A DNA stretch of 64,000 bases from Longimicrobiales bacterium. GTDB lineage: Bacteria > Gemmatimonadota > Gemmatimonadetes > Longimicrobiales > Gaopeijiaceae. Positions 9,624-20,304 of the stretch are shown in pieces. The stretch's first letter is position 1. Every line of letters starts with the position of its first letter. Below the pieces are notes generated by a model, which had not been told where the DNA came from, made no database searches, and saw nothing but the letters and a program-made list of their open reading frames with translations. The DNA lies in assembly GCA_965248195.1 (NCBI GenBank), contig CBDFIQ010000001.1:64001-128000 (forward strand), in the 5' to 3' direction. The translations under genes were made by a program, and so were the position numbers.

Positions 9624-12587
9624 TCAGCCCGCTGCCCCGTCCGTGGCCCGGACCGCGGCAAAGCCCGGCACCGCGCCCGCCACCCCACCCGCCGCCTCGT
9701 CCAGCACCTCGGCGAGATACCGTCCGGTCGCACTTTCGGGAACGGAGACCACAGCCTCGGGACGCCCCATTGCCACCACCTGTCCCCCCTGGGCGCCCGC
9801 CCCCGGCCCCAGGTCGATGACCCAATCGGCGGCCTTGACCACTTCCAGGTTGTGCTCGATCACCAGCACTGAGTTTCCGGCATCCACCAAGCGGTTCAAG
9901 ACCTGGAGGAGCTTCCTCACATCGTCCCCCGAGAGGCCGGTCGTGGGTTCGTCCAGGATATAGAGCTTACGCCCCTTCTTTCCGGAGGCCCGCACCAACT
10001 CCCGAGCAATCTTGAGGCGCTGAGCCTCACCACCGGACAGGGTCGGGGCCGGCTGTCCGAGCTTGAGGTATCCGAGACCGACCTGCTGGAGCTGCCAGAG
10101 GATCCGCCCCAGCCGGTCCTGGCGTATGAAAAAGCGGATCGCCTCGTCGACCGTGATGTCCAGAACCTGCGCCACATTCCGCCCCTTGAAACGCACGTCC
10201 AGCATTTCTGACCGATAGCGCGTGCCCCTGCAGGCGTCGCACTCGACGTAGACGTCCGCCATGAAGATCATCTCGATCTCGAGGGACCCAGCCCCCTTAC
10301 ACGCCTCGCACCGGCCACCCTTTACGTTGAATGAGAACGCGCCGGCGCTATACCGCCGTTCCCGGGCGAGCGGCTGGGATGCAAACAACTTCCGGACCTC
10401 ATCCCACGCCTTGATGTAGGTCACCGGGTTGGATCGCGGTGTTCGCCCGATCGGGGACTGGTCCACCAGAACAACCTCGTCGAGCATGCCGGCCCCTTCC
10501 AGGGATCCGACGTCGCCAATCACCTCCCCGAGGTGCTCCCTGGCACTCGTTTCGCCGCCCTTCAGCTCCCGCTCCAAGGCACGGTAAAGGATGTCGTGAA
10601 CCAGCGTCGACTTACCGGACCCCGACACCCCGGTCACGACCGTCATCGCTACGAGCGGAATTTCGACATCGACACCCTCGAGGTTGTGGAGGCGCCCACC
10701 GGTGAGGCTCAGCTTGTCTCCATCCACCCGCCTCCGCTTCTCGGGAACCGGAATCTCGGACCGCCCCGAGATGTAGCGCCCCGTGGCGCTGTCGGCTCGG
10801 GCAAGTTCGTCGGGTGCCCCCTGAAAGACGATACTCCCACCCTTGTCCCCCGAGGCGGGGCCCAGCTCGAGAACGTAGTCGGCTTCGCGGATGGCGAGGG
10901 GATCATGCTCGACCACCACCACGGAGTTCCCCGCATCGCGCAACTGTCCCAAAAGCGTCAGGAGGGCCGACGTGTCTTTGGGGTGCAAACCCACGGTCGG
11001 CTCATCGAGGACGTACAGCGTATCCACCAGCCGAGCGCCCAGCGAGTTGGCGAGATTGATACGCTGGGCCTCGCCCCCTGAAAGGGTTCGCATCTGGCGG
11101 TCCAGAGAGACGTATCCGAGGCCAACGTCGACAAGGAAGGCCAGGCGGGCGTGTAGCTCCCGGAGAATCGTCTCTGCGATCTGCCCCTCCATCTCACTCA
11201 ACCCTAGGCCGGCGACCCATACCTGGACGTCCTCGATCGGGAGCCCGCTTACCTCGGCGATCGAGCGTTGGCCGATCTTGATGTTGAGCGCCCCCGGCCG
11301 GATCCGTGCTCCACCGCAGTCGCGGCATTTCTGGGGACTCTGGTACTGGCGGAGAAACACACGGATGTATTGTTTGTAGCGCTTCCGCTCCCGCCCAACC
11401 AGGAAGGGGATCACCCCCTTGAAGCCCTCCGCTCCAAAGAGGATCCCCTCCCGGAAATCCTCGGGAAGCTCAGACCATGGGCTATAGAGCGATGCGCCCT
11501 GGTCCACCGTGAAGGTGCGCAGCTTGGCCCGCTCGCGGCGATAGCGGGGCTTGGACCAAGGATCGACGGCACCCTCGTCGATGGAGCGGGCGGGGTTCGG
11601 AATGATGAGATCGACGTCGTAGTCCAACGTGGCGCCGAAACCCGTACACAACGGGCACGATCCGTACGGATTGTTGAAGGAAAACAGCTGGGGCGTCGGC
11701 TCGAAAAACTCGATCTCCGGGTGACTCGGGCAACGGAAGTGCTCGGTGAACACCAAACGTTTCGTGTCCTCGGAGCGGGGGGTGGACTCCGAGCGGGCGG
11801 TGTCCCCCGAGCGGGGGGTGGCCTCCCGAGAACGGGAGGCGCCACCCGATCCGTGGATCAGGACGATAGCCTCGCCCTCCCCCTCTACGAAGCAGGTGCT
11901 CAGCGAGTCGGCCAGGCGATCGCGGTCCTCAGTAGAAACCGTCAGACGATCCACGACGACGAGCGCCTCCGCCACGTCTGTGAGGTCGAAGCCGACATGC
12001 TCCACCCTCTCCGCTCCGTCCTCGCCCAGATCGACCAGCACCCCGCCCGCGAGGATCCGGACGAACCCCATCGCCCGAAGATTCTCGACCACGAGCGCGT
12101 GCTTCACCCGGCCCGAAAGCTTCAAAGGGAAGGTCACCTGGATCGGCGTGCCCTCGGGCAAGGTGAGCACGCGGCCGACGGCGCTCGTCACGGAGTCGGG
12201 ACGCACCTCGTCCCCGCCCTCCGGGCAGTACGTACGGCCCACCCGCGCCCAAAGCAGCCGGAGGTAGTCGTAGACCTCGGTCGCGGTTCCTACCGTGGAC
12301 CGACTGGACTTGGTGGGATTCTTCTGCTCGATGGCCACGGCGGGGGAGATCCCCTCGACCGAGTCGACGTCGGGCTTCTCGATGCGCTCGAGAAACTGCT
12401 TCGCGTAGGTCGAGAGCGACTCGACGTACCGGCGCTGCCCCTCCGCGAACAGGGTGTCCAGGGCCAGTGAAGACTTACCGGAGCCCGAGGGCCCGGTGAT
12501 CACCGTGAGGGCTCGCCTGGGCAGGTCGATGTCCAGATTCTTGAGGTTGTGCTGGCGCGCGCCTCGAACGCGAATCCAATCGTCCAT
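9624..12587 (-). CDS. uvrA: excinuclease ABC subunit A
   Basis: IRVRGARQHNLKN start; two Walker A motifs (GPSGSGKS, GVSGSGKS); two LSGGE signatures; Zn-finger cysteines. Confidence 0.95.
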   Translation of the reverse strand: MDDWIRVRGARQHNLKNLDIDLPRRALTVITGPSGSGKSSLALDTLFAEGQRRYVESLSTYAKQFLERIEKPDVDSVEGISPAVAIEQKNPTKSSRSTVGTATEVYDYLRLLWARVGRTYCPEGGDEVRPDSVTSAVGRVLTLPEGTPIQVTFPLKLSGRVKHALVVENLRAMGFVRILAGGVLVDLGEDGAERVEHVGFDLTDVAEALVVVDRLTVSTEDRDRLADSLSTCFVEGEGEAIVLIHGSGGASRSREATPRSGDTARSESTPRSEDTKRLVFTEHFRCPSHPEIEFFEPTPQLFSFNNPYGSCPLCTGFGATLDYDVDLIIPNPARSIDEGAVDPWSKPRYRRERAKLRTFTVDQGASLYSPWSELPEDFREGILFGAEGFKGVIPFLVGRERKRYKQYIRVFLRQYQSPQKCRDCGGARIRPGALNIKIGQRSIAEVSGLPIEDVQVWVAGLGLSEMEGQIAETILRELHARLAFLVDVGLGYVSLDRQMRTLSGGEAQRINLANSLGARLVDTLYVLDEPTVGLHPKDTSALLTLLGQLRDAGNSVVVVEHDPLAIREADYVLELGPASGDKGGSIVFQGAPDELARADSATGRYISGRSEIPVPEKRRRVDGDKLSLTGGRLHNLEGVDVEIPLVAMTVVTGVSGSGKSTLVHDILYRALERELKGGETSAREHLGEVIGDVGSLEGAGMLDEVVLVDQSPIGRTPRSNPVTYIKAWDEVRKLFASQPLARERRYSAGAFSFNVKGGRCEACKGAGSLEIEMIFMADVYVECDACRGTRYRSEMLDVRFKGRNVAQVLDITVDEAIRFFIRQDRLGRILWQLQQVGLGYLKLGQPAPTLSGGEAQRLKIARELVRASGKKGRKLYILDEPTTGLSGDDVRKLLQVLNRLVDAGNSVLVIEHNLEVVKAADWVIDLGPGAGAQGGQVVAMGRPEAVVSVPESATGRYLAEVLDEAAGGVAGAVPGFAAVRATDGAAG

Positions 12588-12754
12588 GTTCGGAATAGCA
12601 CAACAAGTCGGGGACGGCGCAACGGGGGTCCCGGCCCGGAACACGTCCCCAGGCAACGGGTAGCCCGACGCCCACGCCGACGCGCACGCCAACGTCGTAA
12701 GACGCCGTCGTCGGTCGCCGCCGTCAGCCGCCGCAGTCATCCACCCACTGAGGA

Positions 12755-14695
12755 GTGCGCGAAGTGCCTCCACCGCAGGGCGACTTCCACGAAGAAGAGG
12801 CGCTCGGCAAGGGGTACGATGCCCGCCTGATGAAGCGGCTGCTCCAGTATCTGCAGCCCTATAAACGGCACGTCGCTGTTGCGATCGTGATCCTCGTGGC
12901 CGCCTCGCTTCTCCAGGTCGTCGGGCCCTGGTTGACCCAGATCGCCATCGACGACGTGATCCCGAACCGCAACCCACCCTTGCTCGCAACACTCGCCGCC
13001 GCATACCTCGCGTCGGTCGTGGCTGGTTTCGTCCTGCTGTATGCCCAGACCGTCCTCACCACCTGGCTGGGCCAGCGGGTCATGTACGACCTACGCACGG
13101 AAATCTTTCGCAAACTCCAGCGCCTCGACCTGGGCTTCTACGACAGGAATCCCGTGGGTCGCCTCATGACCCGCATCACGAGCGACGTCGAGACGCTCAA
13201 CGAGCTCTTCAGTTCAGGCGTCGTCGCGATTTTCGGCGACCTGTTCACACTCGCCTTCATCCTGAGCGCCATGCTCTACATGGACTGGAGGCTCGCGCTG
13301 ATCACCTTCAGCGTTCTGCCGTTCGTCGTGCTCACGGCCTTCCTCTTTCGGGCGAAGCTCCGCACCGCCTACCGCGACATCCGCGTACGGCTGGCGCGCA
13401 TCAACGCATACCTCCACGAACGCATCACCGGAATCGTGGTGGTCAAACTCTTCAACCAGGAGAAGTACGACGAGCGGCGTCACGCAGAAATCAACCAGGA
13501 CTACCTGGAGGCCCACCTCCGGTCGATCACCTATTACGCGCTCTTTTTCCCGGTCATCGAGCTCTTCACCGCCATCGCGCTGGCGTTGATCATCTGGAGG
13601 GGGGGCGCCACCCTGCTCGAGGGCGCGGTAACCGTGGGTGTCCTGGCAGCCTTCATCCAGTACGCGCGCCGCTTTTTTCGCCCCATCCAGGATCTCTCGG
13701 AGAAGTACAACCTACTTCAGTCGGCCATGGCTTCGTCCGAGAGGATCTTCCAGCTGATCGACCGCGAGAGTGAGATCGTGGACCCACAGGATCCGATGTC
13801 TCTGGAGCGGCCGGTACGCGGCGAGATCGAGTTCCAGGGCGTCTGGTTCGCGTACGGCAAACGTGTTGAGGACGGCACGGTGGACGATGGCACCGACGAC
13901 CACGGCACGGACGACCAGGGCGCCGCCGACCAGGGCGCCGCCGACCACGGCACGGACGACCACGGCGCGGGCGACCATAGCGCGGACAACCACGGCGATT
14001 GGGACTGGGTTCTCAAGGATGTCAGCTTCCGCGCCGCGCCGGGCGAGCGACTGGCGATCGTGGGGCACACCGGAGCTGGAAAGACCACGATCATCCACTT
14101 GCTCATGCGCTTTTATCAGCCACAGCGCGGCCGCATCCTGCTGGACGGCCAGCCGATCGATCGGCTACGACTGGACGAGCTCCGCGAGCACATCGGCCTC
14201 GTGCTCCAAGACGTCTTCCTCTTCAGTCAGGACGTCGCCCACAACATCCGGCTGGGGGCGCAGGACATCGCGCAGGATCGGGTGCGCGAGGCCGCCGAGC
14301 GGATCGGAGCGGCCCCCTTCATCGAGCGCCTGCCGGGCGGGTACAACCAGGAACTCGGCGAACGCGGCGCAACCCTGTCGGTCGGGGAACGCCAGCTCGT
14401 GTCCTTCGCGCGGGCGCTTGCGTTCGACCCCCAGGTCCTCGTGCTCGACGAAGCCACGAGCTCGGTCGATTCGGAGATCGAGGCCAAGATCGAGGAGGCC
14501 ACCAACGAGCTCATGGCCGGCAGGACCTCAATGGTGATCGCCCACCGGCTGTCGACGATCCTAGGAGCTGACCACATCGTCGTTCTGCACCACGGGGCGC
14601 TGTGCGAGGAGGGTACACACGAGGAACTGCTGGAGCTCGGTGGGCTTTACGCCCAGTTGCACGAGCTACAGTTCGCGAGGACGCCGGTGGGGTGA
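12755..14695 (+). CDS. ABC exporter, fused TMD plus ATPase (MsbA-like)
   Basis: TM domain; GHTGAGKT; LSVGERQ; LDEATS; AHRLST; exact start uncertain. Confidence 0.92.
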   Translation: MREVPPPQGDFHEEEALGKGYDARLMKRLLQYLQPYKRHVAVAIVILVAASLLQVVGPWLTQIAIDDVIPNRNPPLLATLAAAYLASVVAGFVLLYAQTVLTTWLGQRVMYDLRTEIFRKLQRLDLGFYDRNPVGRLMTRITSDVETLNELFSSGVVAIFGDLFTLAFILSAMLYMDWRLALITFSVLPFVVLTAFLFRAKLRTAYRDIRVRLARINAYLHERITGIVVVKLFNQEKYDERRHAEINQDYLEAHLRSITYYALFFPVIELFTAIALALIIWRGGATLLEGAVTVGVLAAFIQYARRFFRPIQDLSEKYNLLQSAMASSERIFQLIDRESEIVDPQDPMSLERPVRGEIEFQGVWFAYGKRVEDGTVDDGTDDHGTDDQGAADQGAADHGTDDHGAGDHSADNHGDWDWVLKDVSFRAAPGERLAIVGHTGAGKTTIIHLLMRFYQPQRGRILLDGQPIDRLRLDELREHIGLVLQDVFLFSQDVAHNIRLGAQDIAQDRVREAAERIGAAPFIERLPGGYNQELGERGATLSVGERQLVSFARALAFDPQVLVLDEATSSVDSEIEAKIEEATNELMAGRTSMVIAHRLSTILGADHIVVLHHGALCEEGTHEELLELGGLYAQLHELQFARTPVG

Positions 14696-14730
14696 GGGCG
14701 GGCTTCAGCCCAGCTGCCGGTGCCGCTTGA

Positions 14731-16699
14731 TCAGCGCCGGACTCCGGCCACAACCTCCGGACCATCCGCAGCGACGCCCATGTTATCCGCAACCGGAGCA
14801 CTGCCCTCAATAGTGCCCCCGGCGGCCGCCAAGCTGTCGGCCACCGCGGCCGCAGCGATGCTATCCGCGACCATCCGAGCCAACGCCCGTTCCTCGGCTT
14901 CCAGCTCCATGGCCACGTACCGTTCGGACACGGGCACGATCCTGCCTCCGACGCGCATCTCGGGTTCCACACCCGGTGGATAGCCGTCCACAGGCTCCAA
15001 AGCACTCTCCGTATAGCGGCTCGACGCATTCCAGAGCAACCATTCGTCGATGCCCGCATCGTACGTCGCCTGAATCTGCGCCCGGACCTCCGGCGCTTCG
15101 TATCGGGGCGCTCCCAAGGTGAAGTCCTGAAGCCACGGCCGCGTAACTCCCGCCCCCTCTACCGCCTCAGAGCGCTGCACTGCAGATAGGAGCGCCGCCC
15201 GCACGATCTCATAGGGGTGGCCGTTCGGGTCCTGGAAGCCAAAGCTCCCAACCCAATAGTGGGACGGATAGACCATGGGGAGCGCCACGTCGACGGAACC
15301 GATGAAGCGTTCCCAGTACTGGCCGATCCCGACGTCGCTCTGGGCGGACGTGGTGGCCCCGAAGACATCCATCGTCATGGCGACCCCGGAATCCTCCAGC
15401 TCGGCCCGGGCGTACTCCAGAAAGGCCTCGACCGCGTCTCTGCGACGGCGCCCCTCGGCACCGGGGAAGACTGCCCTGGCGAGATCCTCCTGCGGGGCGT
15501 CCGGCGAAACGCACGTAGTCCCACTGGATCTCAGGGAAGCCGACCGCGGCGGCCTCCTTCGCCAAATCGACGTGGTAATCCCACACGCGCTGATCGTGGA
15601 GGTTGGCCCAGATAAGACCATTGCTGTCCACCCAGACACCGCCCGCCGTGTCCTGCACTGCCCACTCCGGCCGTACACGAATCAGAAGCGGATCCTTGAC
15701 TATCACTATGCGAGCGATCGGATAGATGCCGGCCTCCTGGAGCCGCTCGAGGAGCCCCATCAGGTCCCGAATGCGGATCTCCTGATCCGCGCCCGCCTCA
15801 CGGGCCGTCATCACTTCGGTCGCATAGCTCACGTAGCCCGAGGCGTCCTTGAGGTCGATCACGAATGTGTTTACTTCGGTCCGTGTCGCTAGATCGATGA
15901 GGGCTTGGGACCGCGCAGTGGACCCCGCCGCCCATGCGTTCACATAAATGCCCTTCACCGCATCGGGTCTGATGAACTCGAGGGGCTCCTCCGGCAGGAC
16001 AATCCGAGCCACCGAGCCGCCCCCACTGGCGCGGGCGGTCGGGGCCGGAAGGTTTTCACCGACCAATTCCTCGGCGAGCCAAGCCAACGTCTTCTCTCGT
16101 GCGCTCACTTGCGGCTCGTCATCCTCCACGACGTCGCTGTCGTCGTCATCCTCGGTATGGGCGTCGCTGTCGTCGTCAATCCTCGTGTCGTCGTCAGTCC
16201 TCGTGTCGTCGTCAGTCCCGGTGTCGGTGTGGGCGCCGCCCTGCGTATCGTCGGTGTCCGCAGCGGCGGTAGCGGCCGATCCCCGTTGAGATTCGGTTGA
16301 GCTCGCGTCCGGGTCGGCATCGGTGCCTCGCTGAGACGGCGAATCCCCTACGACCTGGGGCGAGGAGGTCGTCCGCCTCTCGAGCGTGGGCCTCCCGCTC
16401 GAGGCATTGGAAGTGGGGGCCTGAGTCGTCATGCCTGCACCCTGATTCGCAGCGACCGCGCCCGAATTCGTGCCGGCATCCGACGCAAGCACCGCCGATG
16501 TCACGGCCTCCGCACCCTCCGACGCCTGGGCGCGCCGGGCCGTTTCCCCGCCGCACGCGGCCAGCAGGACGAGACAAGTCACCGTCGAAAGCGGCGAATA
16601 TCGGGAAAGCTGCGATCGCAAAGTCAGGTCTCCCCTTCGGAGAGGGTCCCCGGTCCAGCCTGTGAGGGGAAAAACTGGGTGATCAAATCGGCGGTCCAC
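14731..16699 (-). pseudogene. putative glycoside hydrolase (DUF4015-like) lipoprotein with a +1 frameshift
   Basis: VKGIYVNAW...EIQWDYVRF in one frame continues as PDAPQ...PMVYPSHY...RPWLQDF in another; removing the base at 15505 restores DYVRFPD. Confidence 0.8.
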
Positions 16700-18078
16700 C
16701 CGGCCGATCCTCGATGATCCTCAATATACTCCATGGCACGCTGAGCGTGTTCCTGATTTTTTTGCGGAGCCTCGAGCCATTCCCGTAGAGCGTGGGCGAG
16801 GGCCTCCACATCCGCAACCGCACGGGCACCCCCAGCCTCCAAAAGCCGAGTCGCGTGAACCGAGCTCTGGTACCGCGGGCCGATGAGCACCGGCACCCCG
16901 GCCGCGGCCGGTTCGAGCACAGAGTGCAGGCCGCCCCTGTGGAATCCGCCCGCGTGGAATCCCCCGCCGACGTAGGCGACCGACGCCAGGGTGTATAGCT
17001 CGGCAAGCACGCCGACGCGGTCCACGAGAATCGCGTCCGCGCCATCGACCGTCCCGACCTCGGGGGCCTCCCAGGTGCCTTCGGCCTCCCCGAGGAGTGC
17101 GGGCGTCCATCCGTCCGCCGCCAACCTCCGGCCGAGCCCGGCGAAGTCGTAGCCGTCAGGCTCGTGAGGCGCCAAGACGATCCGCAGGCCGGGGACCGAT
17201 TCGCGCACCCGGGCCACTGCCGGGAGGAGCACTTCCTCATCCGCCGGCCAGGTCGAGCCGGCCACCAGGATCGGCCCAGGCCCGTCGACCGGCCCACGCC
17301 CGTCGACTGGCCCTCGCCCGTAACTGAAGATGTGCATATGGGGCGCTTCACGGTCGATCCCCGCCACACGCGCCCGGGCCGCGTCGATCCCCGGGTCACC
17401 GGTCACCGTCACGCGATCGCCCCTCACACCGAGGAGAGCGAATCGCTCGCCGTCCTCTTTGGAGACGGCGGCGACCGCCCGAAGGCTCCGAAACGCGGGG
17501 CCCAGCAGGATCCTGCCTGGCCCACTGGTCCTCCCGGCCCGCTCCGACATCGTACCTGCGATGAGGACGGTCGGCACGCCTCGAGTCGCGGCCTCGTCGG
17601 CCAGGGTGGGCCAGACCTCGCGCTGCGTGAAAACGATCATGGACGGTTGAACAGCGTCCAGAACCGGTCCCATCACCTCGGGAAGGTCCCACGGCAGGTA
17701 GGTACATACGTCAGCGGGAAAGTCCCCGCACATCCCCTCGGCGGAGGGCGAGAAGAACGTAAAGACGACCTGGAGCCCGTTCATTCGCTCGCGAAGCACA
17801 TCGATGACGGCTCGAGCCTGGATGGATTCGCCCACCGACGACGCGTGCACCCAGACAACAGGCCGATCGGCAAGAGCCGCGGCGGCGGCCCCGCCATTGC
17901 CCTCTGGGCAGCCGTCTCCATCTCCATGAGTCCTACGGCCCCATGCAGCCAACCGCTCGTGGGCATCACGCCTGCCGCGAAGCCCGCGTGCAAGCTTGGA
18001 CCCCCCTGTCATCATCGCCGGAGATAGCGTGCGAAGGGCGCGCAACCCGGTTCGGTACAACGCCTGGGGAAGTGCCAT
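16624..18078 (-). CDS. waaA: 3-deoxy-D-manno-octulosonic acid (Kdo) transferase
   Basis: VWVHASSVGE, TFFSPS, YLPWD, AGSTW, APHEP, YVGGGF, HSVLEPAA. Confidence 0.85.
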   Translation of the reverse strand: MALPQALYRTGLRALRTLSPAMMTGGSKLARGLRGRRDAHERLAAWGRRTHGDGDGCPEGNGGAAAAALADRPVVWVHASSVGESIQARAVIDVLRERMNGLQVVFTFFSPSAEGMCGDFPADVCTYLPWDLPEVMGPVLDAVQPSMIVFTQREVWPTLADEAATRGVPTVLIAGTMSERAGRTSGPGRILLGPAFRSLRAVAAVSKEDGERFALLGVRGDRVTVTGDPGIDAARARVAGIDREAPHMHIFSYGRGPVDGRGPVDGPGPILVAGSTWPADEEVLLPAVARVRESVPGLRIVLAPHEPDGYDFAGLGRRLAADGWTPALLGEAEGTWEAPEVGTVDGADAILVDRVGVLAELYTLASVAYVGGGFHAGGFHRGGLHSVLEPAAAGVPVLIGPRYQSSVHATRLLEAGGARAVADVEALAHALREWLEAPQKNQEHAQRAMEYIEDHRGSAGWTADLITQFFPSQAGPGTLSEGET

Positions 18079-18296
18079 GGCGGACGATGTCCCTCCGACG
18101 GGCCATTCCACAAGGCTGCCCACGGCCGACCCTGTGGGTAGATTACAGGCGGACCCGGATCGATCTGAGTAAAGAAGCGTCGTTCGACGTCCGTATTCCG
18201 TAGTGGAGTTGGAGAGCAGAGTATCTTACTTCGTGGGGAACCGAAGCTCCCGGTCAGGGAGTCGAGGCTCCTCACCATCAAAATAAGGAGGTCGTC

Positions 18297-19193
18297 ATGG
18301 GATCCATGTTGCTGGCCATGTTGGTCATCGTTGCTGGCTCGGCCGTCTGGGTGATCGGTCCAGCCGTTGCAGGCGCAGCAAACCGAGGGCGGGCCAAACT
18401 CCTCGGTTTCGGCCTGATGCTCGGAGGTGTCGGGGTCGCCGGCATCAACACGGTGGTCATCGTCGACGTGGGTGAGGTGGGCGTGAAGCACTTTCTGGGC
18501 CGCGTCGACCCCGTGCCATTGGGCCAGGGCATACACGTCATCAACCCGCTCGCCTCGGTCGAGATCATGTCGATCCGCGAGCAGAGCTTTCCGCCGAGTG
18601 GCAGCATCGAGCAGATCGAGGCACAGACCAGTGAGCAGATGAACGTCGCGCTGGAGGTGTCCCTGCTCTACCGGATCGATCCGGCACGGGCGCCCGACCT
18701 CTTCGACCGCATCGGCTCCGAAGACCTGATCGAGCAGAGTATCGTCTTGAACGCCGTCCGAAACGGCGTCCGGGACGCTGTCGCCACAAAGTCGATCAAC
18801 GACATCTTTTCGCCCGACCGGGCCCGGGTCGCCGCCGATATGAGGGAGGCGATTCAGGTGAAGGCCGGGGACCGCATCGACGTCGTGGAGGTTTTCCTTC
18901 GCGACGTCCAGGCGCCCGCCACCGTCCGCGAGGCGATCGACGAGAAACTCCAGCGGGAGCAACAGGTGGCGGCCGAGAAATTCCAGACCGAGATCATCGA
19001 GGAGCAGGCGCTCCAGGAGATCGCGGCGGCCAGGGGAATCGCCGAAGCCCAGCGTATCATCTCGGTGGGCCTCACGCCCGAGTACCTGATGTTCCACTAC
19101 ATCGAGCAACTCGGCGACCTCCCAGGCGGATCGGTGGTCTACGTGCCGACCGAAGGCAGCATCCCGCTCATGCGCAACGTCGGAACCAACTGA
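18297..19193 (+). CDS. SPFH/prohibitin family membrane protein
   Basis: TM helices; GEVGVKHFLG; band-7 domain; coiled-coil AARGIAEAQRII; AGGAG RBS. Confidence 0.88.
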   Translation: MGSMLLAMLVIVAGSAVWVIGPAVAGAANRGRAKLLGFGLMLGGVGVAGINTVVIVDVGEVGVKHFLGRVDPVPLGQGIHVINPLASVEIMSIREQSFPPSGSIEQIEAQTSEQMNVALEVSLLYRIDPARAPDLFDRIGSEDLIEQSIVLNAVRNGVRDAVATKSINDIFSPDRARVAADMREAIQVKAGDRIDVVEVFLRDVQAPATVREAIDEKLQREQQVAAEKFQTEIIEEQALQEIAAARGIAEAQRIISVGLTPEYLMFHYIEQLGDLPGGSVVYVPTEGSIPLMRNVGTN

Positions 19194-19218
19194 CCCATGC
19201 GACCACGGCATCGAGCGT

Positions 19219-20304
19219 GTGAGGGTCACTGACTCGATGAGCCGACGGGTCTGGATGCGCCTCTCGCTGGCGGCGGGCGCCGTTGTCCTGGTCACCTCCC
19301 TCGCTTCGGCGTGCTCGCCCATGTATGTGATCCGGGCGGGCATCGCCGAGGCGAAGATCCTCCGTGCCCGTCGCCCCATCCCCGAGGTGATTCTCGATCC
19401 CACGACGGATGATCGCACGAAGACCAAGCTCACCTTCGTGATAGAGGCGCGGAATTACGCGAAGGACGTGTTCGAGCTCGACGTGGGGCGTTCCTACACG
19501 TCCTTTTCACAACTGGAGTCCGACACGCTCGCCCTGGTGCTTTCCGCCGCGCACCGGGACCAACTCACGCCGAAGACGTGGTGGTTTCCCATCGTCGGGA
19601 CCGTCCCTTACAAGGGGTACTTCGACGAAGACAACGCGATCGAGGAGCAGGACAAGCTCGAAGAAGACGGCTTCGACACTTTTCTGCGGCCCACCGCGGC
19701 GTTCAGTACGCTTGGGTGGTTCGCGGATCCCCTCCTCTCCACCCTCTTACGGCTCGATGAGGTCGATCTGGTCGAAACCGTGCTTCACGAGCTGTCCCAC
19801 AACCACCTCTTCGTGAAGGGACAGGTCCGCTTCAACGAGAGCTTCGCCACGTTCGTGGGGAGAGCGGGCGCCATCGAGTTCTTCTGCAACCGTCAGGGGG
19901 GCGGCGCCGATACGGTGAAGTGCCTCCGGGCCCAAGCCCGCTGGCGCGACCACCAACGGTTCGAAGGGTTCATCGAGGGTCTCGTCGAGGAGCTGCAGTC
20001 GGTATACCAGGACACCACGCTCGCATTCGACACCAAGCTGGCCGAGCGGGAGCGGATTTTTGGCGCGAGCATTGCGACCTTCGCCAGCGAGGTGCAGCCC
20101 ACCTTCGAAGCGAGCACGTATCAGAGCTTTCTGGTCATTCCCCTCAACAACGCCACATTGTTGGCGCGCATCCGTTACCACCATCGCCTGCGGGACTTCC
20201 AGGCCCTCATGGAGCGGGAGGGCGACCTGCGCCGGGCCGTCCAGTACCTCAAGGACGGCGTGGACGGTGTGGACGATCCTTTCGACCTGCTCCCCGTCGG
20301 TTGA
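19219..20304 (+). CDS. putative zinc aminopeptidase lipoprotein
   Basis: lipobox ASAC; WWFPIVGTVPYKGYF; AFSTLGWFADP; HELSH...FNESFA. Confidence 0.85.
   Translation: MRVTDSMSRRVWMRLSLAAGAVVLVTSLASACSPMYVIRAGIAEAKILRARRPIPEVILDPTTDDRTKTKLTFVIEARNYAKDVFELDVGRSYTSFSQLESDTLALVLSAAHRDQLTPKTWWFPIVGTVPYKGYFDEDNAIEEQDKLEEDGFDTFLRPTAAFSTLGWFADPLLSTLLRLDEVDLVETVLHELSHNHLFVKGQVRFNESFATFVGRAGAIEFFCNRQGGGADTVKCLRAQARWRDHQRFEGFIEGLVEELQSVYQDTTLAFDTKLAERERIFGASIATFASEVQPTFEASTYQSFLVIPLNNATLLARIRYHHRLRDFQALMEREGDLRRAVQYLKDGVDGVDDPFDLLPVG

Noticed and set aside
12588..13004. N-terminal extension of UvrA in the 1126-aa ORF call
   Set aside because: It overlaps the opposite-strand ABC transporter and has no UvrA character; homology starts at MDDWIRVRGARQHNLK.
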